Of a DNA stretch of 64,000 nucleotides, positions 1 to 14,400 are shown one piece after another. Under the pieces are notes generated by a model, which saw nothing but the letters and a program-made list of their open reading frames with translations, did not search any database and was not told where the DNA came from. Positions within the stretch are counted from its first letter, which is position 1; each line of letters opens with the position of its first letter. The stretch lies in NCBI RefSeq assembly GCF_009914755.1, contig NC_060928.1, one strand, 5' to 3'. This DNA comes from the human T2T-CHM13v2.0 reference genome, Homo sapiens. The translations under genes and the position numbers were made by a program.

Positions 1-3000
1 GTAGCACTACCCCTAATGGTAATACAAGGTTTAATAAATTTCACCTCTCTAAATTAATTTGCTATATTACCTTCTATTGATCTTTTCTAATGCAAATATA
101 TTGCTGGCAAAATACACTGGAGATTTACTTGATCTCTTTATTGTTGTAGGACATGGCAATTAATTTTTTTATTGAGATTCCAATTAGCTTTCTGCTCTTA
201 CAATGTTTTACCTAAATCCTTCTTTAAACTTTCCCTAAGGTTACCGGAAAAACATCATCTAAGCATGACTGTATTAAAAGGTAGAAGTAAGGAATGCATT
301 ACTTATGTTGTGTACAAAATTGAGGTTACTCTAGGTTAAATGAATCTGATTCCTTGAAGAGATAAAGATGCTTTAAATCATGAAGAACTAATCAGAAAAT
401 TCTAATTGAAAAAGAGGACCACAGTAGTCTATTATAAAAGGGGAGAAAGTGTCAAATTAGCACAACAGAGCAGGGAAATCTGAAAGAAATTTTGCAGACT
501 GTTGCCATCATGACCCTTGTAAAAGTGTTGTTAAAGAGAGAAAAACAAAGGAAAAAGCCCTAAGGAGGCGGACTTCATGATTAGGACCACCCAAGGAGAG
601 TCTCTAACAAAAGAAAATTGAGTTCCATAATTGGAGGTGGTCTGCATGTGAAATTTTCAGATGTGCCTGCAGACACTAAGTGCAGAGTCTGAGTATCACC
701 AAAGGGAAACTGAGAGAAAGGTTAGAGGATGATATTACAAACACCAGAACAGTGAGCTGATAGACAAGAGCTTTCATGTGTAGCTCCATGACCATCCTAG
801 CTAGTACCAACCATTCAGGTTAAAAATTTAAAACTACATGAAAAAGCTATCCTCTTTCTACTACTGATCTACCTAGCATTTACTGACCCTGAGTAAGAGA
901 AGGATGAGAGAGTGGCTAGAAAGTAAGATAAAGGTAGAACAATCAGAAAATGTCCCTGGTATGAACAAATAAAACCCTACTACATTCAGTGAAACGGAAT
1001 ATTGCAACCCACTGAGGTCATTAGGCTGGATATGGGAAGAGTCTCAGTTTTTCAAACACCTCAATCTCTTAGCTCACAGGGCTTCAAAGACAGAAGGGAG
1101 AGAAGAGGTGTGGACTATGAAAGACCAAGGGGACTCCTTTTTCACACCTAAATCTCTACCCTGGTGTTCCAAATAACACAAAGTGAGAGACGGAAATTGG
1201 ATTAAATTGTAACTTTGAATTCAGATTTCATTCATTTTATATTTCTAAATATACAAATACTAGGCAAGTGTTGTTTGTAGTGAAAGGCATTAAAGTTTAT
1301 TATTTAAACATTTACTTTTGAAGAGGAAAAAATCTGATAAAATTTAGTTTCTGTGTTGCCAACAGCTCTTTAATGATTCCTTTACATCTCTTCTTCTCAT
1401 ATAAGGTATACAGAGGTTGTGGCAATACAAAAACTGTGTACTTTGAACCAGACTGCATATTAATCTTAGATATGATTCAAACATCAAAGAGTATCTTACA
1501 AAAACATTAGTATTTCACAGCAGTCAGGTATTTGCCACCATTGTCACTTAGGAATTAGGTAACACCATATTTCTATATGTGATCAATACATTTAGCTGAT
1601 TTTTTGCATATTTCTAATTCATGCCAGTTTTATTTTAATCTTGAAAATTTTCTGAAGTGCTCAGATTCTTTCTTTTCTAAGTACGAGTAAACAATTTAAT
1701 TTAGCATAGTTTCAGGCTGCCATATAACTCATGTAATATTTGTAGCTCTCTAAAACCGTTAAGCTGAGCTTAGTAATAAAAACATTCATCAGGAAAAAAG
1801 GATCTCACGCAATATTAGTAGTTTATGTGTCCCTGGAAAAGAGACGTTTTAATTTATGTATCTTTTCATTAGACAATATTTGAAGAGGAATTTAAATAGA
1901 AAATGTCATGACCTAGAAGATGACCTAGCTCTTCTTTTTTTCATCATATTTTTGGAAACCATTCCCATAATTCTCATTTCACTTTGGGTAGATATAATAC
2001 AGCCCAGTGAGAGTTGTCTTATGAATTTGTTAAGTCATGGCTTTAGAAATAAATCATAAGTTCCCTGTATTTAGAGTTTGTAACAAGATCTCCTTAAAAA
2101 CTTAAGCGTAATACATAGTACTAGAACTTGTGAAGACATCTTCATTTATTCTCATGGGAGCTTTCCGTTGCCACCCATGGGAGGATAGGGAAACTCAACA
2201 TGTAGTATAAAAAGGTTTACCTGTATTGATGCCAGAGTCCTAAGAAAACGGAAAGAGAATTTGGTGCAATTTTATATGGTAAAGGTCTAAATCCAAAAAA
2301 AAAAAAAAAAAAGAAAAAAAAGAGCTGATTGAACAGTCTCTGGTGGGTTACATTATTGATTATTGATTCAAAAGTAAATAAACTCAACCTAGTGTAATGC
2401 AAAGTGTTGTATGAGTAAGAAATTAAGTTGTTAACATTCTTGATAAAAGAGGAAATTAGTGATTGATAAATACTTATTTTCCTCAGTCCTCATTCTCATA
2501 GTAATTACTGTGGAATGAGATAGTGTGTCTCTCAACTTGAGAACCTTGCAATCCAGAAGTAAGACTACGTACAAACACAAAATACACACAAATGAAAACA
2601 AACATACATGATTTACTCTGCAGATTTAAGTATAATGCAATTTAGGCCACAAAAATAATTGGGCAGAAATATTTCAAGTAATTTTTTGTCCAGGAATGTA
2701 CCTGGAATGGTTACATGTAGGAAATGGCATATAACATTTTTAAAAAAGGCAAAGAAATGATTTGAAGCAAAATGTTACACTTAGGAAAAATATTACTGAT
2801 GATGTTTAGATTACAATAAAGGACAAAGATAATTTATTGCTTAAAACCCAATACTGAAGGATATTGAACCGTAAGGGTGACTAACATAGCTGACTAGGAA
2901 GAAGCATTAAAATCATGAATTAAGAATTTTTTGGAGGCAACTGGGAGTCACTCCAGAATTCCAAAAGAAGAATGACAGTTGATATATAAGCACTTACGTG

Positions 3001-3319
3001 CACAAGCCAAGAGGGTGCTATCACACTTTTTCCCTAGGCCACCCTGCAGGAGCAGTTTATAAGTCTTGGGTTACAGTATCCTAGAATTTTGAGGCTCCCT
3101 CCCAATAAAAATTGAGCTCTCTGTGCAGCCAAGGGACTTGGGGTCCATCAGTAAGAGGACCATGTCTCAGGACTAAATAGAAAGCCAAAGGAAGGCATGA
3201 AGGAGGAAGGTCTACATGTAGTTCCGTTCAATAAACCTTCACAAGAGATTAGAAAGAATACCACAAAGACACTACTGACCTAAAGGTGTTTGATTTCACA
3301 GAGTAAAATCTTTTTGAGA

Positions 3320-4926
<1,607 letters not shown>

Positions 4927-7859
4927 GAAGTTTTTCTTAAATAGAGTTTGCAGTTTGTCTCTGTTTCTGTGTACTCCTGCCTCTGCCCTTGCTCCTAGGC
5001 TTGCCTTGCCCATGCTGAGGCAAGTAGAGCTTGAACATTTTTAATAGGACTCCACAATTCGTCACATTAGTAATTTAGAAAATGTGTTTTTGAGGAATTG
5101 TATTTTGATACTCTTTTCATTCTGGAAATAGCTTTTTGTGCATTTATTTTTGCAGAAAGATCTAGCATCAAAAAAAGTCACTATCTGGTTTTTGGGGCCC
5201 TCCATAAATCAGTTCCAAAAGCATTTATCAACTATTTACCAACTGCCAGAAAAAACAAACAACCACTTATACCTGATAATTCTTATTACTGTATGTTGAT
5301 GCTTTAGGAAATAAATAATAAAGATGCCATCTATAACTAAAAGTTTTAAGAGTACAAAAGGAAATAGTTTGAGACTGTATGACAAGAGAAGACTAAATAT
5401 GAAGTTCCCTAATTGCTGGCTCAAACTTTTAATTGGATAGATACATTACATATCTAAAAGATACATACATATGTATATATCCCATCTAAAGTATGTAATA
5501 AAACATTGAATATAAAATATAAAAGAAAAGCTAAAAAATAATAATTTTATACTTTAGATAAAACTTAGAATTATAATGTGAAGATAAATTTGAGAAAGTA
5601 TTCAGAATCTCCTCAGTTATTACAAATAATGACTATAAATGCTGATATCTCACCATACATTTTTGGTGGTGTGGGATCGTCAAAACAGTGAGATAACTAT
5701 AGTAGAGCAGATATTATGAGGATTCCCAGGAGCACTAAATATTGTAACTCCATTTTGTATTTAGTCGCAAGCATTTATATTAAAACTTAAGGGTCTCTAA
5801 TTAGAATACAATAAGAAAAGAACTATAATGTAAGAGAAAATCTTTGTACAAGATGGTTGTTGAGAAATCTCACTGTAACAAACATAATAAGGCTGTAAAA
5901 GTAGTCAAAATATGTATTTTTAAATTTGAAAGTATGCAGTTTGCAATTCTTCTGTAATAATCATAAAAGTATCTAGTATTATTGTTTTGTAATATTATAA
6001 AGTAAAAATTCCTTTGGGGAACTAGACACTTTATTTCATGGAATATACTAAAAATATTGTTTTGAAATTTCAATAAATGTTTTAACCGATGGACATGTAA
6101 TTGGCTTGGGATTAAAACTATGAAATAATATACTTTTTTTTATGCCTTCATCTATAACTTGTTACAGACTTTTCAAATGTTTGACTACATTATACAATAA
6201 GTGAGAAGAGTTGCAATTATAAAAAGAAAATGCATTCTTTAAGAATGTTCTCTGTAATTAATAGGTGTATTATCTCTCAAATTTATGGTTTTAACATTTA
6301 TGTTGAAAATTAATTTAAATATCTTTATCTTAAAAGTGTAATTTTTAAGACAGTATAAAAAATTACCTTCTAAGGAAGTTGTATATGAATCACATGTGTT
6401 ACTTCTTTCAAAGTACATTCTACAATTATACAGTAATTCTCTGAGTGGGAATGGAATAAAGAAATAACTATATGTTGGTATTGGGTGACTTTTTGTTTTG
6501 GTTTGGTGATTTAAGTTGTTTTATTAAGTATATAAATTTCATATACCTTAAGTTTGGATAGCCATGTCTTAGGTCAAGAACTTCATATAATTTATTAGAT
6601 ATCAAAGCATGGGGAAAATTATAAAACTATAGAAACTAAAGATTTAAAACTATTTAAGAAGGAAAGAAAGTGGAAAGCCCAGAACAAAACTTATTTGTGC
6701 TTTCCTCTCTTAATGTTTTGACATATGTATTGAATCTGTTATCTGAAAAGAATAAACTCTTATTTTCTATTTTATCAACACATAATAGGAGAGAACCCTC
6801 CTTGAGACTATCTTGGATCAGAAGATTATATTTTGAGATCTAGAGTAAGTAATCAACACAGGACAGGCCATATGATTCATGACAAACAAAAGGTAATACA
6901 AGGAAGCACCAAAAATGCAAGTACGGCATAAGGCTAGAGACATGGTATTGACATCATACTAACAACTAGGCAAGACTGATGATTAAGCCAATTAAAATGT
7001 ACATGTCCTCATTTCTTTTTCTTGACAAATGTTTATTGAGCATTTGCAATAGCTAGACATCTATGTGGATGTTACACATGCATTAGTAAGTACTTTACTT
7101 AATTTATGTGTATCTTGATCAAACCAATGAGCTTCCATAAGCTTATTTTAGGGGTATAGGTTAAATAAATTTGGAGCTTAACAAATCCATGTGACCAGCA
7201 TAATGTAAAGATTGTAAAGGAAATCCATGCACTTGAGTACTGTTCTTGTCTTAATTAACCATATGAACTCTGAACCTTATCAGAGCTTAGTTATGACAAG
7301 GACATAACTTGCTTACCAACATTCTCATCTGGTAAGCAAGAGGGAGAAATGAAGGCTGTTTAGTGGCACTTGGCTGGAAAGACAGATGTGACATGGCTGT
7401 TACCAATCTACAAAGAGGGGTTTCCAGGGCTTTGCCTTCTCTGTCTCTGCCTCTGTCTAGGGTCTTCTGATACTCCACACTAGATATCTTGATCACATTG
7501 CTTCCTATTTCCTGAGACTTCCAGTCCCTCATAAAATAAAATCATCCAAGTCCTAGTTACTACAGGAAAATACAAAATGAGTCATGTAATTGTAATGCTT
7601 CTGCTGATTATAAAGTTCTGCAGTTTATTGAACAAACCACAACTCAAAAATCAAACCACACCAAAGAAACACAAACAGGAAAAATAATAAAGTATTTTAG
7701 GAAGCAACTTAAGTTGTTTATGAGTTTCCAAGACACTAGTCACAGTATATGTTAGTATTAGATTTCAACAAAAAAAGGAGACTTACCAGAAAACTGCTGT
7801 AAAAGAGTAATCATTTCTATATGTTCTGGAGGATAATTAATCTGTCTTGGAGCTTTTAT

Positions 7860-8560
7860 CCTCAATATTTTATTGTGAAAATTTTTATACATGGAGAAAA
7901 GTTGAAAAGATTTATGCAATAAAAACTCCATATACTCACCAGCCAGATTTTACCATGCTTTCTTATTATGTATCCACTTATTCTTATTATGTATCCATTA
8001 CCCATCACCCTAGCCATTCATTACTCCTTATTTTTTGTTACATTTCAAATTTCAGACATCAATAGATTTCCTCCTAAATACTTCAGTACGCATACCATCA
8101 CATAGTTTAGTATTTGTTTATAGTTTTTCTTTTGATATAAGGTTTATACACAATGAAATGGACAAATATTAACTGCTTATTCACTAAGTTAACAAATGCA
8201 CCCACGTGTCTTAAAAGTTGTAATAAACAACTGAAGGAGGTAAATTTTACATTGTTAGTATTAGGAAAGAGACTAATACTAGTTAAAAAAAAAAAGCTTA
8301 AGAAACAGCACCCCAAGATTCAAATTCTACCCAAGAAATAACTGTAAAGGAATATTCTTATATTTCTCTGAAACTATTTAATTAACATGACATAAAAGGA
8401 AAGTTACTGGGGAATAGGAGAATGGAATACTTGTGCTTATTGACCTGATTACCAAAAAGGCAGCAGTAATGAGGAGAGACATTGAAATACATGAGCTTCT
8501 CAAATTAAGAACAAAATGTTTTTCAACTTGCAAAATAAAATAACCTTTTGGAAAAAATCC
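7860..8560. mobile_element. Fragments of old L1M elements
   Basis: Antisense 3'-end-like ttttattgtgaaaattttt..cctaaatacttcagt, plus a sense ORF2-like stretch (cttctcaaattaagaac..tttttcaacttgc). Highly diverged. Confidence 0.45.
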
Positions 8561-8909
8561 TCCAGATAACACAGAATCATTCCTGAACTTCAAAACAGTT
8601 CAACTTTGCCAGAATTAGAAACTAAGTTACCAATGTGTGATATGTGTCTAAGGAGGATGATAAAAAACATTGAATTCTTTTAACTTTATAGTATAACTTG
8701 GAAGCAATTCAGAGTTTTCCATTAAGAAAATGAATTAAGTGATGCTATTACAATCTGAATTACCTTTATTTCATTATTTTATATTAGATATCAGCAATTT
8801 TAATGTTTTTAAGAAATGTTTGAAGAACTATGAAGAAAAAAATAAATTAATTATTCAACACGTACGCTATATGCTGTGATGAGACAGGAGCTAGTTAAAA
8901 TCAGTAAAT

Positions 8910-10168
8910 AATCCTATTCCAACAGGGAAGTTTGGAAGGCACATATTCATTTCTGGTCCATAGCAATTCTGAAATCTAACCAGAAGCATGTTGTCAGGTT
9001 CTTCTACTAAAGGGGCAGGGGATGTTTCTTTCTGATTGCTGGAAGTGCTTCCCTAAGTAGTTTTTCCTTTGTGGCCCTTGCCTCAACTTTTTGGACTTAT
9101 TGGGCTTCCCTCTGAGATTCCATTTCTTTTCTGTTCAGAAATTACATATATTTGCAAATGAGCCACTTTCTCAGACTACATCCTGCCCAATGAAATTCTT
9201 CCTTTTGAGACTTCAGAGACCACTTCATTTTGAACAATTGCTGCTTTTTTCAGTCTATGCTGGAAGTTCTTGGCAGTACAACTCTGTTTAAAATTTTTAG
9301 TTTCCTGTAGTTCTTATGGTAGTTCAATTTATGACCCAAATATCATATTCTTAATTCATTTTGAAACAAATATCTCTAATTTGAGTGTGTTTAGAGACCC
9401 TTTTGTACAACTAGTAGGGTCTCAGAGACTTCCCAAAATCATTCTGAGGTCTTTAATAAAGAGATTTTATGGTCACACAATTGATTTGCCATGAGGTTAT
9501 TATTTATTTATTAATTTTTGAGAATTTTTTCCTTGCTAAAAGTACTAGAGATGCTAGCAACTCCTAACTCCTCTACTTTTTCTCTAATTATTTCCTTAAT
9601 TATAATCCCCAGTTGTAAACACTAATTTCTGTATTAATTGTATGTGTTTGCCTAAAGGCCACAGAGAAAAATCGAATTAGGAAGGAACTCACAGAAATCA
9701 GAAAGTAACATCCCTGTCCCTTGAGAAGAACCTGACAACATGCTCCTTGTTGGACTTCAGAATTGCTATGGACCAGAAACCAATGTGTGCCTTCCAATCC
9801 TTTCCCTTTGAATAGCTAATGTATTTGCTCGTATCTTTTCATACATGACTAAAAGAAGTTGATTGAGCCTTTTAATATTATCCCTAGAAGGCAAGGTCCA
9901 CGTGTTCATTAGGTATGTTTTACAGCTTCCCAGTTACTGCAAATGATGTTTTGATAATTGCTTTTAAACTATATGAGACACCATTTTTCCAGTGTCTAAC
10001 AGCAGTTTACTCATAGGTTTCGCAAGAACCATTATCCATTGTTTATTTTTCTTATCTTCACCAACTATTTCTTGTTTTTTCTCAGTGTCCATCGTCTTCC
10101 CAATTCCACAGACTATGCCGTATGTCTTAGATTTTTGTTATAGTTCCCAATTCTCGCCATTAATTTCT
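8910..10168 (-). mobile_element. MaLR MLT1 internal region remnant
   Basis: Contains the MLT1-int-type motif ttcagaattgctatggaccag on the - strand. It runs up to the int/LTR junction (..taatttc|tgtagtg), which is split by the 10169-10746 insertion. Confidence 0.55.
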
Positions 10169-10746
10169 TTTTTTTATCTGTTCTGATGATCTTTGTCTTT
10201 TAATTGGTGTGTTTAGACCATTGATATTTAAAGTGGTTACAGATACAGTTGGATTAATATCAACCATATTTGTTACTGTTTTCTATCTGTTGCTCTTGTT
10301 TTTTGTTACTATTTTTGTCTTTCACTTTTTCTGCCTTTTGTAGTTTTAATTGAGCATTTTGTATGATTTCATTTTCTTACTCAACTAATCTAAGTCCACT
10401 TCCAAACAACATTATACTGTTTCACAGTTAGTGTGAGTCTCCTATAATAACAAAAAATCCTAATTCCTCCCTCCTGTCCCTTGTGTCATTGCTGTCATTA
10501 ATTTTTCTTACACATAAATCTACATCAGTGTATATATATATGCACAAGCAGTAGAGACAGGGTTTCACCATGTTGGCCAGACTGGTCTTGAACTCCTGAC
10601 CTCAGGTGATCTGCCCACTTTGGCTTCTAAGTGCTGGGATTACAGGTGTGAGCCACCGCAACCAGCCAAACTTTCAGTTTTCTTACTTTTAGTTGACCTA
10701 ATAGACAATAGTTTGTCTAAAATAATAATAGCAATAACAGATTTTA
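10169..10746 (-). mobile_element. Chimeric retroposed insertion (old L1MC/MD-type fragment plus Alu left arm) with 17-bp TSD and 5' inversion
   Basis: Direct repeat tctcgccattaatttct at 10152-10168 and 10747-10763, with a T-run just inside the left copy. The internal pieces are L1M inter-ORF/ORF2-start sequence and half an Alu. Confidence 0.8.
10551..10667 (-). mobile_element. AluS left monomer only (passenger inside the insertion)
   Basis: gtagagacagggtttcaccatgttggccag..ctcaggtgatctgccc..gagccaccgcaaccagcc. It stops abruptly at the linker, with no right arm, tail or TSD of its own. Confidence 0.9.
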
Positions 10747-10762
10747 TCTCGCCATTAATTTC

Positions 10763-11215
10763 TGTAGTGATTATATGTTTCTGCCTTGAAAACTATTTCC
10801 AAACACAGAGATCTAAAACCAACACTTACTTAATTATAATTCTGAGGCTTCGCACTTTGATGGGGGTTCACATGAGATGCCTCGTTCTCCCAGGGTGTTG
10901 ATTGGGCTCTTCATGTGTTTGGTTTTCTAACAGAATGATGATATAGTTGGAAGCACCAGAGCACTTCATCAGATGCCGTCATCTTCCAGGAGCCTATTTT
11001 TCACATAATAACGGAAGAATTTTCAGAAACAAGAGAGCAAGCACTTAAACCGTAAATACAAGGATTTTCAATTATTTGCTTGTCATACATGCTAATATCC
11101 CAGTGGCCAAGAAAAATCTCATGACCAAGCCCAGAGTCAACATGGAAGGGAACACAAGAACATGGATATAGGAGATGGGATTCATTGAGAACTATTAGCG
11201 TAACAAATTGCCACA
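10763..11215 (-). mobile_element. MLT1 (J/K-like) LTR
   Basis: Typical antisense MLT1 motifs gctaatatcccagtggccaag..catgaccaagcccagagtcaa, ending ccaca. Confidence 0.65.
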
Positions 11216-11633
11216 GATAGCATTCAAACATGGCATAGGCCAAAGGCAGCAATTAATCATAAGATGCAAGTATATTATATTTATTTTAATAGGCAATAGA
11301 TATACATGATTACCATGGTGTCTCAGGTTAAGTACAAATTTATAACTCTTTGATAATTTACTTCTTATTAAATTAGACCATCTCACAATCATCATGTTCC
11401 ACAGTATTGATGACAACTTGCTTAGAAGCTTCAGTGATCAAGGAAGAAGGAGGTATTCTCCATACATTGGTAAGAAATATACGTGCCAGAAAGTAGAAAA
11501 TAAACATTAGAAATATTCAGAGTTTCGTTATCTCATTGAATTTTGTGGAGGTACAAAGTCAACCCATTCTGTTAAAAGTTAAAGATGAATTTCTGCCAGT
11601 TATGATGGCTGCTACTAAGAAATAGTTACATCA

Positions 11634-11928
<295 letters not shown>

Positions 11929-12226
11929 TGCTGGGACTTTTTAGATTTTTGATTTGACATTTACCATATTGATCATGTTGCTCCTCTACATCTACTGAGG
12001 AACCTGTCTGGCTGCCTGCTTCAAGTGGTTTCCAGAATAGAAGAATTCTGGCTTTTTCAATTGCAGGAGAAGCTGAACTATCACCTGAAATTTAGATTCA
12101 GTTCTCAGCAAATACTGTCTCAGATCATACTATCAGTGCAAGGGTTATAAGCATAATAGTGCCTGTCCTATGCCCCCATAGAAGAAACAGAATAGAGTGT
12201 TTTGCTGAAATGTAACATTCTCTTTG

Positions 12227-12228
<2 letters not shown>

Positions 12229-12260
<32 letters not shown>
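12229..12260 (+). repeat. Pure A32 tract
   Basis: 32 uninterrupted A within the ERVL remnant. Confidence 0.95.
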
Positions 12261-12262
<2 letters not shown>

Positions 12263-13294
12263 ATTCAAACTTTGAAAAAACAGTTCTTTGCTGAGTCGTA
12301 TAAGAAAGTAAGAAAGATCTGACTATAGTACACAGAGTGAAAACTTGAGCTCACCAGCCAAAAATGATGTAAATAATATCTTGTCTTTCAAGTCATACAG
12401 CTGTGTGTATCCTGTAGAATTCTATCACTATGTAAAAGTGGCATGATAAAGTTACAGGAGATCCTGACAGTAGAGTAACAGCACAAGAACATTGCATTTG
12501 CTGCTCATATTTGCATTATACCAATTTCTTCTTATAGCCTCAGAAAGTGCTTTATATGATGTTTGTCCAAAAAGAAGATATTCATGTCTCATGTAAGGAT
12601 AGATATGCAAAAAAATTCTGCTACTAGTCAGAAGTAGAAGAGAATATCATTATCTAGGAGAAGCACTAAAGACAATTAGGGGAGGAAAATTATCCTGGCA
12701 GGCAGAACTGAATGCCTATAAAGTTGTTTACCATGCTTGGAAAGATATATGAACATAGATATATTTCTAGCTTTTTTATACTCAGTCACCAACAAACATC
12801 AGATTGCAGGATGTCGAGGAACTTGGAAGAAACAAGATTGAAAGATTGGTCACAAGGAGCCCTTAAATGGAGGTGTGTACAAGGCCCTCTCAGAATGCAC
12901 CCAGACTTTGGCACTATTTCTAAGTTATGTGAATGCTTAACAAGAGATCCATCAAGAAGAAATGACTGCTCCAGTAAATAAAAAGATTTAGTTATTTATC
13001 ATGCTAACAAATATACTTGGTTGCTCTATGCCAGAGCATGATGTTATCATGGATTCAGTATTTGTTTCTTCTGTTGGAAAATTAAGCAGTATGCAGGAAT
13101 ACAGGCCAGATCTGGCTTTTTTTGTGTGTGAAGAGGAACCCATGTTGTTGAGCTTATACATCATATCCATATCTACCAGTGTGGCCACTTCATTCATGAG
13201 CTCTTTGAGTGAATACTGTTATGGTTTCAACAAATGGCTCATGCAAATCCTTAGCGCAATTTACATTTTCTATTTTATTTTTAAATTGTTTCGC

Positions 13295-13610
13295 TAGGGG
13301 AGCACTTTGAACATAGACTAGACATTAGATTATATTGAGAAATTATTTTTTAAATTTGAATAGATAATAATGAAATTCTGGCTATACTAAAAAGAAAAAA
13401 TATCTTAATTGTTAGAGATACGTACTGAATTATTTAAGTATAAAATAGTTTTCTTGAATTTGCCTAAAAATTCTCCAGCATAAAATAGACAAAAACAGAA
13501 TTGGTTAAATTGCATTAATTTTTGCAACTTAGAAATAAATGCAAAGGGGAATAAATACTATTCTCTCTAGTTGTGGCTATGTATGAAAAAATATAAAATA
13601 TATTTTTAAA
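13295..13610 (+). mobile_element. Old L1 (L1MC/ME-type) 3' end
   Basis: tttgaacatagactagacattagattatattg..ttagagatacgtactgaa resemble L1MC 3'UTR sequence. Confidence 0.55.
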
Positions 13611-13611
13611 A

Positions 13612-13902
13612 GGCTGGGTGTGGTAGCTCATGCCTGTAATCCCAACCCTTTAGGAGGCCAAGGGAGGAGCATTGCTTGAGGCCAGGAGCTTGAGACAAGC
13701 CTGAGCAATGTAGTGAGACCTCATCTCTGTACAAATGCTTAAAAAATTAGCTGGACATGGTGGTTCATGCATATAGTCAAAGATTCTTGGAAGGCTGAGG
13801 CAGGAGAATCACTTGAGCCCAGAAGTTTGGTATTGCAGTGACCAATGATATGCTACTGGCACTCCAGGTTGGGTAAGATTGAGACCTTATCTATAAAAAA
13901 AA
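13612..13902 (+). mobile_element. AluJ
   Basis: Diverged dimer with J-type ttgcttgaggccaggag and cttgagcccag. Confidence 0.9.
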
Positions 13903-14142
13903 TTAAGAGAAAAGTACTCCATAAAATATAATAGTATAGTATGAGGATGTAAAACAACCATTTTATTTTGTTTTATCATTTTTTATTATAAATGGGCAAT
14001 TTATAATTGTATATACTTATGGGGTAGAAAGTGATATTATGATTTATGAATATAACCTGGAATAATTAAATTGAGCTAATTAGCATATTCATCACCTCAA
14101 ATACTTATCTTTTTTGTGATGAGAACATTTGAAATTTACTGT

Positions 14143-14400
14143 CATAGTAGTCCCTATGCAACCATTCTGTTTTTCACTTTCAGCCAAGTATTCAGTAAGT
14201 TATGGGAGGTATTCAACACTTTATTATAAAATAGGCTTTCTGTTAGATGGTTTTGTCCAATTGTAGGCTAATGTAATTGTTCTGAGAATATTTAATGTAG
14301 GCTAGAATGAGCCATGCTGCTAAGTAGGTTAGGTGTGTTAAATGCATGTTTAACTTACAATATCTTTAACTTATGATGGGTTTATCGGGGGCATCCATAA
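14143..14400 (-). mobile_element. TcMar-Tigger MITE (MER47-like), internally deleted
   Basis: ccattctgtttttcactttcag..caacactttattataaaataggcttt..gtaggttaggtgtgttaaatgcat..gatgggtttatcggg. Confidence 0.75.

Noticed and set aside
420-1360. Purine-rich tract possibly from an ancient Gypsy-like or other LTR
   Set aside because: I could not confirm termini or family motifs by eye.
2295-2322. A-rich run as a possible retrocopy tail
   Set aside because: No recognisable body upstream and no TSD.
5436-5490. Imperfect palindrome centred on atacatatgtat
   Set aside because: Low-complexity AT/AC sequence, with no convincing miRNA- or MITE-like stem.
7961-7997. Short two-copy tandem duplications (also ~23560-23587, ~33834-33870, ~60203-60243)
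   Set aside because: Ordinary slippage duplications with no spacers, so not CRISPR-like or an array.
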